A DNA stretch of 64,000 bases from Lama guanicoe (lineage: Eukaryota): assembly GCA_013239625.1 (NCBI GenBank), contig MU053561.1, positions 2,372,283 to 2,436,282 on the forward strand, given 5' to 3'. The notes beneath the pieces are model-generated. The model did no database searches. It was given only the letters and a program-made list of their open reading frames with translations, and was not told where the DNA came from. The translations under genes and the position numbers were made by a program. Each line of letters starts with the position of its first letter. The stretch's first letter is position 1. Of the stretch, positions 37,166 to 47,959 are shown one piece after another.

Positions 37166-39664
37166 GTGAGGTGGCTGAACAAATGAACCTATCCAGGAAC
37201 AGCGCAGATGGGGCGAGGGTTCATGACATGCAAGAAAGGAAGGAAATGGAACCCAGTCGGTGAATCCTCACTCCCAAAGCCCTCCATCTGCCCACCGTGG
37301 GCAAGGTCTTGGGGGAACTGTACGACGGGGTATAAACGATGGGGCACCCTTCTGGAGAGAGAGAATGAAACAGAGGCACGGACATCCATGGTACCAAGCA
37401 GTGTGTTCTAACAAGGTAGCGCTTACGGAGGGACGCAAGGACAGGGCCCCTTCTGGCTAGGAGAGTGAGGGCAAGGACTGAGCAAAGCAACATGGTGGAG
37501 GCTTTTGAAGCCTTGAAAGATGGATAAGGTTTGGCTGGGCACAGCAGGAGGGAAGGCAGCCAGCAGGCTGACAGGTAATAGATCAAGGGCTCGGCTACAG
37601 GAAACCCCGAGCCATGGCGTCAGCAGGCCCCCTCCGCTCTCTCCTCTGACACTTGAGCTCTTGGCGGCGCACGAATCCCGCCAGCGCCACATAACATGTA
37701 CGTTCACATGAAACCCTAGAAGAGGAAAGTGCTGCCTCTTTGCCACCAGTTCTGCCAGCCTCGGGGAGATAATTTGTAGGAGTTTTACGTGACTTGTTCT
37801 ATTTTAAAACTGTAATGAACCAGTAAATCCAATTACCCAAACCATAAAATTGATTCCCGTTGTATTTGGGAAACAGAATACAATTTACACAGAAAAGACT
37901 ACATCTTTCTGAGGAAAAACCAATAGGGTGGTAGCTGGGTCCCTGGTTTAAAAAGTTGGAATCAAATAAACAGGTGTAAAGAGCAGCACTAGTGGAAACT
38001 TACAGATGAAGGGCCTGAGCACAGAAGGCTCACGGAGCTTCCTCAAGGCCACACGACTGATCCAGGTCAGAGGGGAACCCAACAATAAGCGTATGACCCC
38101 CAGGCCCCTTAAAGGACCACCTCAGGCTTTGGCCAAGTCTCCTTCAACGATGCCTGCCTTCCCTCTTCGGCAATTAACAGCAGCAGGAGCCCCTGGCCAA
38201 CCCAGTTGCCAGGTCAAGTGGCAGCTCTCACCTAATTGTAGCCCTGCGAAGAGGAATGACAGCGTGAGTCAGCTTGGAGTCGAGCTTCCTGTAGCTCATG
38301 AATGGCAAGCGGAGAGATAAACCGCAGGCTTCATTGTTGGGGTAAGAGAATGATTTACAAGGCCCTGGCAGAGGTCATTAGCCTTGGCTCTGATGGAAAA
38401 AAGAACTACTCTAAGGATGTGATTTCAGAGAGTGAAAAATAGTCACTTGAAACCATGGTTTCAGCTTGAGGTTCCAGCTTGGCTCTGCGTTTTCCTGCCA
38501 GTTAACTGATGTCTGTTTGCCTAACTAGTGTCTGAATTAGCCACTTCCTGGTCTGTTTCCAAAATAGCCTCCCTTCCCGCTCCTTACGGTTCTTAAGGAA
38601 CCAGATCCCTTTGACTGTTCAGTGGCGACCTCTGGCTTTAGCTTGGAATGTGTGGGATACCTTGTGACCAGAAAAGGGGCCAAGATGAAGAATGGATGCC
38701 AAAAATGGTCACTGAATGTTTGACTTCCTAGAATCAGAAATGTGATGGGACATGACATGGTTAGAAATTAGGCCTGAAAGATATGAAATTACATGTGTAC
38801 GAAATAAAGTCTGATCTCAAGCCGCAAGAAACTTAGAAGCAGGTGGAGGAAATCAAAAGAGGGAAGCTCCTAAACTCTAACCACAAATTATTATTTTTCC
38901 CAGTGTGATGGCTTTAACTAGTGAAATGGGGTTTAGTTTTTCTCAACCATGAGTCACATGACCACAGATCCCTGAGTGTGGGCCATGTGAATCCTTTATT
39001 CATAATTACGGGAATTCAAATGGTCCACACTTTGCCTACAAGTTCCAGCAGGGACCAAGTTCACATAAACACTTTGTTGATCTTTATTATCCTATTTGTC
39101 AGGATCCTCCGTAATGCCCAATTTCAATATGAAGTTCTGGTAGAATGAAACTTTACAGAATTATGTTCAGTTTCAAGTATCAGTATCAATGGATACAAGC
39201 CAGCTAATATTAATCTAGGCAGAAAGTTTCACAACTGTTGCAGTGGTGTGATGGCGCTTATTGGACACTAGTGGCTCACTGGCCTGAGTGGTAGAGAATT
39301 AGTAAAAAATGTTTTTGTTCGTCTAAAAATCTTAGATCAGCCATTCCCTGTGGGTCATTCTTTGGAGAGTAGAGTTTAACATGTCAATCATCCATCCCTC
39401 ACATTTCCATCCTCTCGTGTTATTCACTTCCTTATGCCCAATTTTTGTTCAAATGTTCATTAACCTTTTGTTTTGTTTGTTCAAAGGTGGATCATTCAGG
39501 TCAGTAACTTGTTTCTCAGGTCCTAGGCACCCTATTCCTATCACTTTCCTCATGGTTAACTTACTCAACTCAATCATTTCCTAATACTCAGATTTAACCA
39601 AGATGTGTCATGGTGGTGGTGACGGTGATGGTGTGTGTGTCTTTGTAGGTGGGTCACCACCTAG

Positions 39665-39790
39665 TTGATGCCAAGTTTTCTCATCTGTAAAGTGGGGATA
39701 ACTATTCTGAACTCAAGGCTAGTTGGGAAGATTAAGTTAGTATATACCATGTGTGAGAATCTCTGACACACAGTAGGTCACCTTCAATAT
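39665..39790 (+). mobile_element. MIR SINE
   Basis: agttttctcatctgtaaagtggggataa. Confidence 0.75.
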
Positions 39791-40607
39791 GTTTGTGGAT
39801 TTACAGAGGTCTTTCCAAACTCACGGGGCCACACCTGCCATCGGTCATTTGGGTTGAGTAGATGTGGCCTCGGGCACATGTGCATGAGACTGCCCACTGG
39901 GGCGCGGGTACATGGCTTGTTTTGGAAGGCCATGGCAGAGCGGGGCAACGCGATTTTCTGGACAAGCTCTGGAACTGATTACATTGGGCCAGCACTTCTG
40001 AATCCAACTAATTGCCAGTCTCTTCCCTGGACATTTGTCTCTTCACAGTCAGTTTTCCCTCTCTTGTGTGTCTCATGGTCCCTCAAGATGGCTATGTTTT
40101 TAATCAGCAATCCTTGGTGAGCAGGTGTCAGGCACAAGGCATTGTGTCAGATGTTGTGAGGGGGACCCAGAGAATCACTTCCATTGGGCATTTTCTACGC
40201 ACCACACTCTGCGCTAGGCCTTTTACATACATTATCTCATTTGCAAAGATGAATACGACAGTCCTTCAGACCATAAGGAATGAAGCATGATTTAAGGAAA
40301 ATAATACACACACAAAAAGATAAGTAACTATTCCCAGTGTATAAAACAAAAACCAAGACATTAAGAGCGATGAGAATTTAGAAAAAGCACAAGTCACTGC
40401 TAAGGGATGGGCCATGAAAGTCTTCAAAAGGAAGGATGGGTTTGATATGGGCCTTGATGGATGGGCAACATTTGGGCAAAGAGAGAGAAGAAAAGGAGGC
40501 TACCCGCAGGGGATTGCCTGAACAAACCTACAAACGGAAATAAATCCCAGCTGTGCCCATCAGACAGTGAGGAGCTTGTTTCTGAGGATGGGGTAGGATC
40601 ATCCCCA

Positions 40608-40650
40608 ACACACACACATAAACACACACAAACACACACACACACACACA
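40608..40650 (+). repeat. (CA)n microsatellite, imperfect
   Basis: direct reading. Confidence 0.9.
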
Positions 40651-40659
40651 ATAATTGAG

Positions 40660-40840
40660 AGGCAACCGCTTAAGTGTCAAACAAACTTGGGTTCAAATCC
40701 CACTATGTCACACACTAGCTAAATTAGTAAACTGCTCTGAGTCTCAATATCTTCATCTCTAAAATGGGAATGAAATACTTCATCTCAAGAGCTGTCATGA
40801 AGATTAGATGAAATGATAGTATCCATAATGTACTCAGCCC
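40660..40840 (+). mobile_element. MIR SINE
   Basis: ttgggttcaaatccca...ctctgagtctcaatatcttcatctctaaaatggg. Confidence 0.85.
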
Positions 40841-40919
40841 TTCCTGCCTGCAGTAGTGAAAGCAGAAAAAAAAGTTGTACCGCATTTAGTATAGGGAGAT
40901 GGATTGAGCTGCCATGATT

Positions 40920-41065
40920 GGAGCCCTCCATGGTTTACAAAGCACTGTCACAAGCACAGACTCATCAGAGTGAGCCTCCCAATGGTCCTGTGTGTGGGCA
41001 GGGGTGGTGTTACTAGGATTCCCATTTTACAGTGGGGAAAATGAAAGTTTAGAGACATTCTGTGG
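40920..41065 (-). mobile_element. MIR SINE
   Basis: tttacaaagcact...cccattttacagtggggaaa. Confidence 0.7.
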
Positions 41066-41107
41066 TCAACTTAATGCATCCACACCTACGGCTTTTCCTA
41101 AATATTT

Positions 41108-41228
41108 TTTGAGGAGAAGGTAATTAGGTTTATTTATTTACTTTTTAATGGAGGTACTGAGGATTGAACCCAGGACCTCATGCATGCTAAGCACTCACTC
41201 TATCACTGAGCTATGTCCCCTCCCTCCA
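41108..41228 (-). mobile_element. tRNA-Ala-derived SINE (vic-1 type) with 14-bp TSD
   Basis: ggtaattaggttt...ggaggtactgaggattgaacccaggacctcatgcatgctaagc; TSD tttcctaaatattt at 41094-41107 and 41229-41242. Confidence 0.95.
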
Positions 41229-41902
41229 TTTCCTAAATATTTAATTTGAGTATTTAAATAGATAATATTTTATAAGTTTCAAAAATCTAAAGTGACAAAA
41301 AGCCACATGATGACAAATCTCCTTCTCACCCTTGTCTACTATCCATCTCATTCCACCACATCCAGTAAGTAATCTGTCATCCTTCAGCAGATGGCTGTAT
41401 ATGCTTACCTGAATCTTTTTGCATAGAGAAGAAAATCCATATGCCTACATATGTGCTTCTGCAACTTGCTTTATTTTTTAACAGCGCATCTTGGATATTT
41501 TTTCCCATCAGTACATCCCAGCTTTCTTATTCTTTTTCACAGGTGCATGGTATTCCATTATCTTGTTGTGCCAGAATTCACTCAGCTGGTCTCCTATTGA
41601 TGGGCATTTAGGCTGTTGCCAGTCCTTTGCTATCACAAACAATACTGCAGTGAATAACCTTGTACATATGCCATTTTGCATGTGAGTACATTTGTAAGAT
41701 AAATTCCTAGAAGTACAATTACTAGATCAAACATTTTGTGCAGTGTCATTTTCATAGCTGTTGTTAAATTGCCCTCTATCCAGTTACACTCCCACTTGCA
41801 ATGTATGAGAGTGCTATTTTCTGACAGCCTTGCCATCACAGTGTGTTGTCAAATCCTTGTACTGCTGCCAATCTGATAGATGCAGATAGCATCTCAATAT
41901 AG

Positions 41903-42281
41903 TTTTTTTTTTTGTTTTGAATGGAAGTATAGTTAGTTACAGTGTGTCAATTTCTGGTGTGCAGCACAATGTCCCAGTCATGCATATACACACATATATT
42001 GGTTTTCATATTCTTTTTTGTTAAAGGTTATTAGAAGATATTGAATATATTTCCCTGTGCTATACAGAAGAAATTTTTGAAATCTATTTTTATATATAGT
42101 GACTAACATTTGCAAAACTCAAACTCCCAAATTTATCCCTTCCCACCCTCTTTCCCCTGCGAACCATGAGATTGTTTACTATGTCTGCAAGTCTGTTTTT
42201 GTTTTGTAGATGAGTTCATTAGTGCTTGCTTGCTCTTTCTTTCTTTCTTTCTTTCTTTCTCTCTCTCTTTCTTTCTTTCTT

Positions 42282-42314
<33 letters not shown>

Positions 42315-42540
42315 CTTTCGATTCCACATATGAGTGATATCATACAGCATTTTTCTTGCTCTTTCTGGCTTACTTCACTTAGAATGACAATCTCTATGTC
42401 CAACTGTGTTGCTGAAAATGGCATTATTTTTATTTATCATGGCTGAGTGGTATTCCATTGTATAGATATACCACAACTTCTTTATCCAGTCATCTGTCAA
42501 TGGACATTTAGGTTGCTTCGTTGTCTTGGCTATTGTATAT
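41903..42540 (-). mobile_element. 5'-truncated young L1
   Basis: poly-T then gaagtatagttagttacagtgtgtc; ORF2 end (PFSATQLDIEIVILSEVSQKE). Confidence 0.92.
42231..42318 (+). repeat. compound (TTTC)n/(TC)n microsatellite
   Basis: direct reading. Confidence 0.97.
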
Positions 42541-42759
42541 ATTTATTTATATTTTCTTTACTGTGAACTACATGCTCACATCTTTTGCCCACTTTTCCAT
42601 TGGGTTGTTGGTCTTCTATATTTTAAAGTAAGGAAATGTATACAAGGAAAATTTTATCTTAGAAACATAAGCCCTTTGTGGTATGAGTTGTAAATAACTT
42701 TCTCCTTTTGTCATTTGCCTTTTAATTTGGCTGTATTGCATCAGTTATTTGCATTTGCT

Positions 42760-42786
<27 letters not shown>
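42760..42786 (+). repeat. (TG)n microsatellite
   Basis: direct reading. Confidence 0.95.
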
Positions 42787-42790
<4 letters not shown>

Positions 42791-43232
42791 AATCATCCCA
42801 AAACTTACTGGCTCATTTTCACAACCACCACTTATTTGCTCGTGATGCTATGGTCTGGGCTCACCTGAGAGTTTATCTCTGTTCCACAAGGTATCAGCTG
42901 GGCTTATTTATGCTTTAAAGTCAATGGGTGTTTAATGGCCTCACTCCCAGGTCTGGTGGTTGCCTGGCTGTCAGTAGAAGTAACAAAGGTAGTTAGCCAT
43001 CCTGCAGGTTAGTCCACTCTTCTTCTCATGGTGTCACCAGTTCCCCAAAACAGCAAGAGAACAGGTACCAGCGCCAGGTGTTTTTAAACCTCTGCCTGTG
43101 TCACATTTGTTATTGCCCCAGTGGCCACAGCAAATAACATGTCTAAGGCTGGATTCAGGTTAGGAAGGGAATACCTAAGGACGTGAATAAAGGGAAGAAA
43201 TTTGTGGCCGTTTCTACAAATATATCTGTCAC
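42787..43232 (-). mobile_element. MLT1G/H-like LTR
   Basis: atcccaaaacttactggct...ttatttgctcgtgatgcta...aacctctgcctgtgtcacatttg. Confidence 0.75.
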
Positions 43233-43531
43233 ACTTACAGAATTCATTTGGGATTTTGGTTCTTTTTCTCGGTGTTACTGTTGTTAGCTTATTTTTCTAG
43301 AAAGCTTTTTTACTTTTATATGATGTAATTTGTCAGTCTTTTCTTTCATAGATTCTAGATTTTGAGTCATAAGTAGAAAGCCCTTCCCCCACTCGAAAGT
43401 AATTCCTATTTTCTTCTAGTACTTTTATGGTTTCATTGAGCACATTTGGTCCATTTGTAATTTATCCTTGTGTTCACGCCACCTTTCTATTCTTAACTAA
43501 AACATAGTCCTCTTCTACTGGGGAAGGTGGT

Positions 43532-43912
43532 TGTATCAGTCAGGATAGACAGTTATACCCAGTAACAAGCAACTCTTAAATCGTAGTGGCTTTTAACAAG
43601 AAAGATTTATTTCAAGTTCATGCTCCATGTCCACCATGGTCTGGCATAAGCTCTGCTCCACATCAGCTTTACTCCAGGACTCAAGCTTATGGATCACCCT
43701 CTGTCTAGGACACCACCCGTCTTGCACAGAAGAGAGAACAAGACCGAGCACACACTGCCTCTTACAGCTTCCTCTCAAGTGACACGTTCCTTCCACTTGC
43801 ATTTCCCTGGCTAAAGCAAGCCACACAGCCAACCCTGATGCCAATGGCTTAGGGAAGTATAATCCTCCACTGAGGAGGGACAACAAATAATTGAGAAACA
43901 CATTCAGTCTTT
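43532..43912 (-). mobile_element. MLT1I/J-like LTR
   Basis: tgtatcagtcaggatag...agtaacaa...gggaagtataatcctcc. Confidence 0.8.
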
Positions 43913-44159
43913 CATAATTGTCCTTCCTGTTAATGTGCAGCCCTGGGAAAGGACACACATGGAGCCTGAAGCTGGCTGGGACCGCATCTTACCAGCGAGG
44001 TCAGGAACATCATCGCTGGCCTGTGGTTATGCACACCAGGGGCAGACGGGCCTCACACCCCACCTTCCTCCCCCAGGTCTCATAGCCTGCTCAGAGCAGA
44101 GGGCTCGTGTGTCGTCTGGAGCAGCAGAGTATAGAAAGGAAGGAGCAGTGGGCCTCACC

Positions 44160-44573
44160 TGGGATGAGTTGAATTGTGTCTCCTTAAACATATGTTGCAG
44201 TATGAACCCCACCTCCGTACCTGAGAATGGTACCTTATTTGGAGCCAGGGTCTTCACAGAGGTAATAGAGTTAAAATGAGGTTATTAGGATGAGTCCTAA
44301 TCCAGTATGACTGATACCCTTACAAAAGGGGGAACTGGGATACAGACATGTCAGAGGGAAGATGGTAGGAATACACAGGAAAAAGACAGGCACCCACAAG
44401 CCACAGGGGGAGGCATGGAACAGATCCTTCCTTCACAGGCCTCAAAAGGAACCCACTCTGCCAACACCTTGATTTCACACTTCTAGCCTCCAGAACCCTG
44501 AGAAAGTAAATGCCTGCTGCTTAAGTCCCCCAGTTTATGGTCCTTTGTTATGACATCCCTCGCAAATGAATAC
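44160..44573 (+). mobile_element. MLT1B-like solo LTR
   Basis: gttgaattgtgtctcc...accttatttggag...ctgccaacaccttgatttc...gcaaatgaataca. Confidence 0.88.
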
Positions 44574-45290
44574 AGGGAACATCTCCAGTCACTTGGTAGG
44601 GGCTGCCTGGATGCTGTTTTGAAAGGGTTTCTGGTGCCACATCAGGCCAGCAGGAGAGAAACCCATGATCAACTAGCAGCGTCTTCCACGAACGTGGGGT
44701 GGGAAGCAGCGTTGAGTTTGAAGTCCACTGGCCCAGGAATGTACCCAGGCTGCTGCATATTGTGACTCTGTGATGACTGCAGGGTCCATCTAAACTTGTA
44801 AACTGGTGAACTGACGGGCAGGGCTGCCAGGAACCCATGGCTGAGGATGAGGCAGATGCCAGCATGGCCGGTGATGAGGCAGCCAGCCCTTCCCTGCTGA
44901 GAGAGCACTAACAGCCAGCAAGAGGGAGTCAGAGCTTCAAACGAAATGAAAGCTCCTTAATATTCAACTAGACGTCAGCGTTCCTGTCAATTAGCCTTTT
45001 TGAAGTCTGCTATATTAAGACCACAAGGTCTGCTCTTCCCAGCTCTGCTGAGTATCGTGAAATCTCTTCGCCTCTAGCAGAGCATCGTATGATTCCACAG
45101 TCCTGCTAACAACAAGGTTTTTCTCCGAGCAGGTTTTCGAGTCGACCAGTGTGTAAGAGAAAGCCTGAAATATTGACGAAAAAGTTCAGAGGTGTGGGTG
45201 TAGCTGATTCCGGCAGGTATTTCCTTCCTGAAGGCAGACTCAGCAACAAGAGCAACAACAACAAAAACCCTTTTTAAAAATTTTAAATTC

Positions 45291-45328
45291 TGTGTGTGTG
45301 TGTGTGTGCGTGTGTGTGTGCGCGTGTG
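45291..45328 (+). repeat. (TG)n/(CG) microsatellite
   Basis: direct reading. Confidence 0.9.
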
Positions 45329-45514
45329 TAACACGTCGTGGTCTTCTGGGGGCTCCGTGGAACACCACTGCAGTGTAGAAGCCAGCGCTTTGGCTGGCTT
45401 TGAGGGTGGCTTAGCAGGTCCCCAGCACCAGTGATAATGGTGAGAAGTCTTCGGAAGTGACCTCAGAGGCAGTGACCACCAGAGAGCAAGCAGAATGAGA
45501 GGAAAGAACAGTGT

Positions 45515-45910
45515 AGCTACTGCTTATGTAACAAACCACCCCAGAAATAGCGGCTTAGAACAACAAGCATTTTGTTTGTTCCTTACGTGGGTCAGCAATT
45601 TGGGCGGGGCTCAGCTGGGCGATTCTCGTCACCCGAGGTCATTCACGGGCTGTGGTCAGGAGGCTGGGCGATGTCGGGCTCTCGGCTGGGAGGGCTCGTC
45701 TCTGTGCCAGAGGCTTTATCACGAGGTGGTGGAAGAGCCTTCGGCAGCCAGAGAGGCAATCCCGAACGCCGCGCGCTTACCTTTCGGGCCTCTGCCCGCA
45801 TCACACTTGTTAACATCCCAGTGTCCAGCCCAGAGTCAGGGCGGGAAGGGACTGCACTGAGGCTTAGATCCAAGAAGGCATGATTCCTTGGGGGCCCTCG
45901 TGGAAGACTC
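45515..45910 (-). mobile_element. MLT1H-like LTR, unusually CpG-rich
   Basis: gtaacaaaccaccccagaaatagcggcttagaacaacaagcatt...gggtcagcaatttgggcggggctcagctggg. Confidence 0.8.
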
Positions 45911-46953
45911 TTCCACAGTTGGCTTTTCTGAGAACGTTTGTAACTCGTCCTGAGACTCTCAAAGGTAAAGCTTGCAGACTGCCGGAGGTTCCACCTTTAG
46001 ATGCAAGGCTTGGGAGCTGATGCAAGCTTTGTTATGGTCACTCTCATTGTTCCTTTCATACACACGTGCAAGTAGGCCTGGGAAAACTCAAATGATTGAC
46101 CTTGAACAGACTCCCTTAATCCCTGACACTCGGGTTCCCATTGGTAAATCTCACCCCATAGGGGTGTGGTCAGGATCACGTGATCTCACAGCCTTTTGTG
46201 AAAAGTGCAAAGCCCCACATGTATGTGGCTGCTCTTCTAACAACCAGGATAGGAGACTGTGAAGGAACTTTAAGCTGGTGCCCAGGGAAGTGTAAAGATA
46301 TTCAATGAGAGAATAGAGCCCCAGGTGACTGGGCTGCTTGAATTAAAAAAAAAGGTTTTTAATTCATGAAAAGACCTTTCAGTTCTAGATACTTTAAGTT
46401 CATCTTGATTTTGTCTCTCTCTCTCTCTTTCTCTCCCAAGATCGACAAGGGGAAAACAGATTTCGCATTTGTTTCACACACCTGCTTTACCTTTTGTCCT
46501 AACTCTAAACTGTTCTTCCATCTCAAATGCAACGTGTTCTCTCCTGCTTCTAACAGCGTCGATCCAGCTCACAAGGCACCTCTTCCAGAAAGTGTCTGAT
46601 GGATCACACCCCAAGCTGACCCCTGCTCACCCATCCATCAAATATTACCATGACCTGTGTATGTGTCAGACATGGTGCTAGGACCCTTGACACAAAGATG
46701 AATGAGGCATCACTTTTATCCTCCAGGAGTTCACAGACTAGCGATGAGACAGACGAACAAACAGGAAATGGTACTCCCATTGTGTGCTGAGAAAGAAAAT
46801 CGTGAATTTATTCCACAAACATGTCACACTCCTGACTCTGTGTGTGCCTTATGCTGGTGTGAAATACAAACATGAACAAGATGCCGTTTCTGTTTTTAAG
46901 GAGTGTCTAGTGAAAGAGTCAGAGAGATCAGTAGTCGTAATTTAGGAACACAG

Positions 46954-47087
46954 TGGGGAGGGTACAGCTCAGGGCTTAGCAGACACGAGGTCCTCGGTTC
47001 AGTCTCTGGTACCTCCATTGAAAACAATAACAACGACAAACAAATGAATGAATAAGTAAACCTAATTACCTCCCCTCTAAAAAAAAA
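46954..47087 (+). mobile_element. tRNA-Ala-derived SINE (vic-1 type, internally deleted)
   Basis: ggggagggtacagctcag...cttagcagacacgaggtcc...acctaattacctcccc; TSD 46938-46953 / 47088-47103. Confidence 0.9.
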
Positions 47088-47596
47088 TAACTTAGGAATG
47101 CAGAAGTAGGCATGAGGTTCATGTGGGAGCCCAGAGTATGGCACCGGTCAGCTTGAAGTGTCGGGGACAGTTTCCCATAGAGTTGATCACAAACAAGGGA
47201 AAGGCAGGAGCTGGACTCCAGGCAGACAGAGCAACAGGTACAAAGGCGGCTTGGGAGAGTGCGGCGTTCTGGGGGAACCCGCAGCGGCTCCGCACACCTA
47301 GGACGCAGAGTGAGAAGCAGGGCTGTGAGAGCAAAATCTGGAGGGGTCGGCAGAGGTCAGACCAAAGGTTCGGGGGAACCACCAACCATTTTACCCCAGG
47401 AAGTGATCTGATCAGACTGGCATTTTAGGAAAATCACTCTAGCAAAATGTAGGTAGACTGGCACTTACAGGGGCAGACTGAGGGCAGGACAGTGAAATAG
47501 GAGACTGTTTAATATTCCCCTCAAATGGGAAATGAGGAGGGTGGAATTACTGTTAGGGGTAGAGAGAGGGGGATGGATTTGGAAGGCATAAAGGGG

Positions 47597-47959
47597 TATT
47601 CTGAGCTGAAATGTGTCCTCCCCTGAAAAAAAATTTGTATGTCGAAGTCCTAACCCCCAGTATCTCAAAATGTGACTGTATTTGATGTTAGGGTCTTTAA
47701 AGAGGCCATTAGGGTGGACTCAATCCTGTGTGGCTGCTGCGTAAGATGTGGGCACAGAGACATACAGAAAGGAGATCGTGTGAAGACACAGGGCAAAGGC
47801 GGCCGTCTACAAGCCAAGGAGAGAGGCCTCAGAAGAACCTCACCCTCCTGACACCACAATCTTGGACTTCAGCCTCCAGAACTGCGAGAAAATAAGTTCT
47901 CTTGTGTCAACCACCCAGGCCGTGGTGCTCCATTATGGCGACCAGAGCAAACTGATACA
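47597..47959 (+). mobile_element. MLT1B-like solo LTR
   Basis: gctgaaatgtgtcc...gaagtcctaacccccagta...ggacttcagcctccagaactgcgagaaaata...aaactgataca. Confidence 0.88.

Larger units (their letters stand above)
41245..43480 (-). mobile_element. old L1ME host, split by a younger L1 and an MLT1
   Basis: tgatgggcatttaggctgttgcc; ttactcccacttgcaatgtatgagag; attttcttctagtacttttatgg. Confidence 0.75.
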
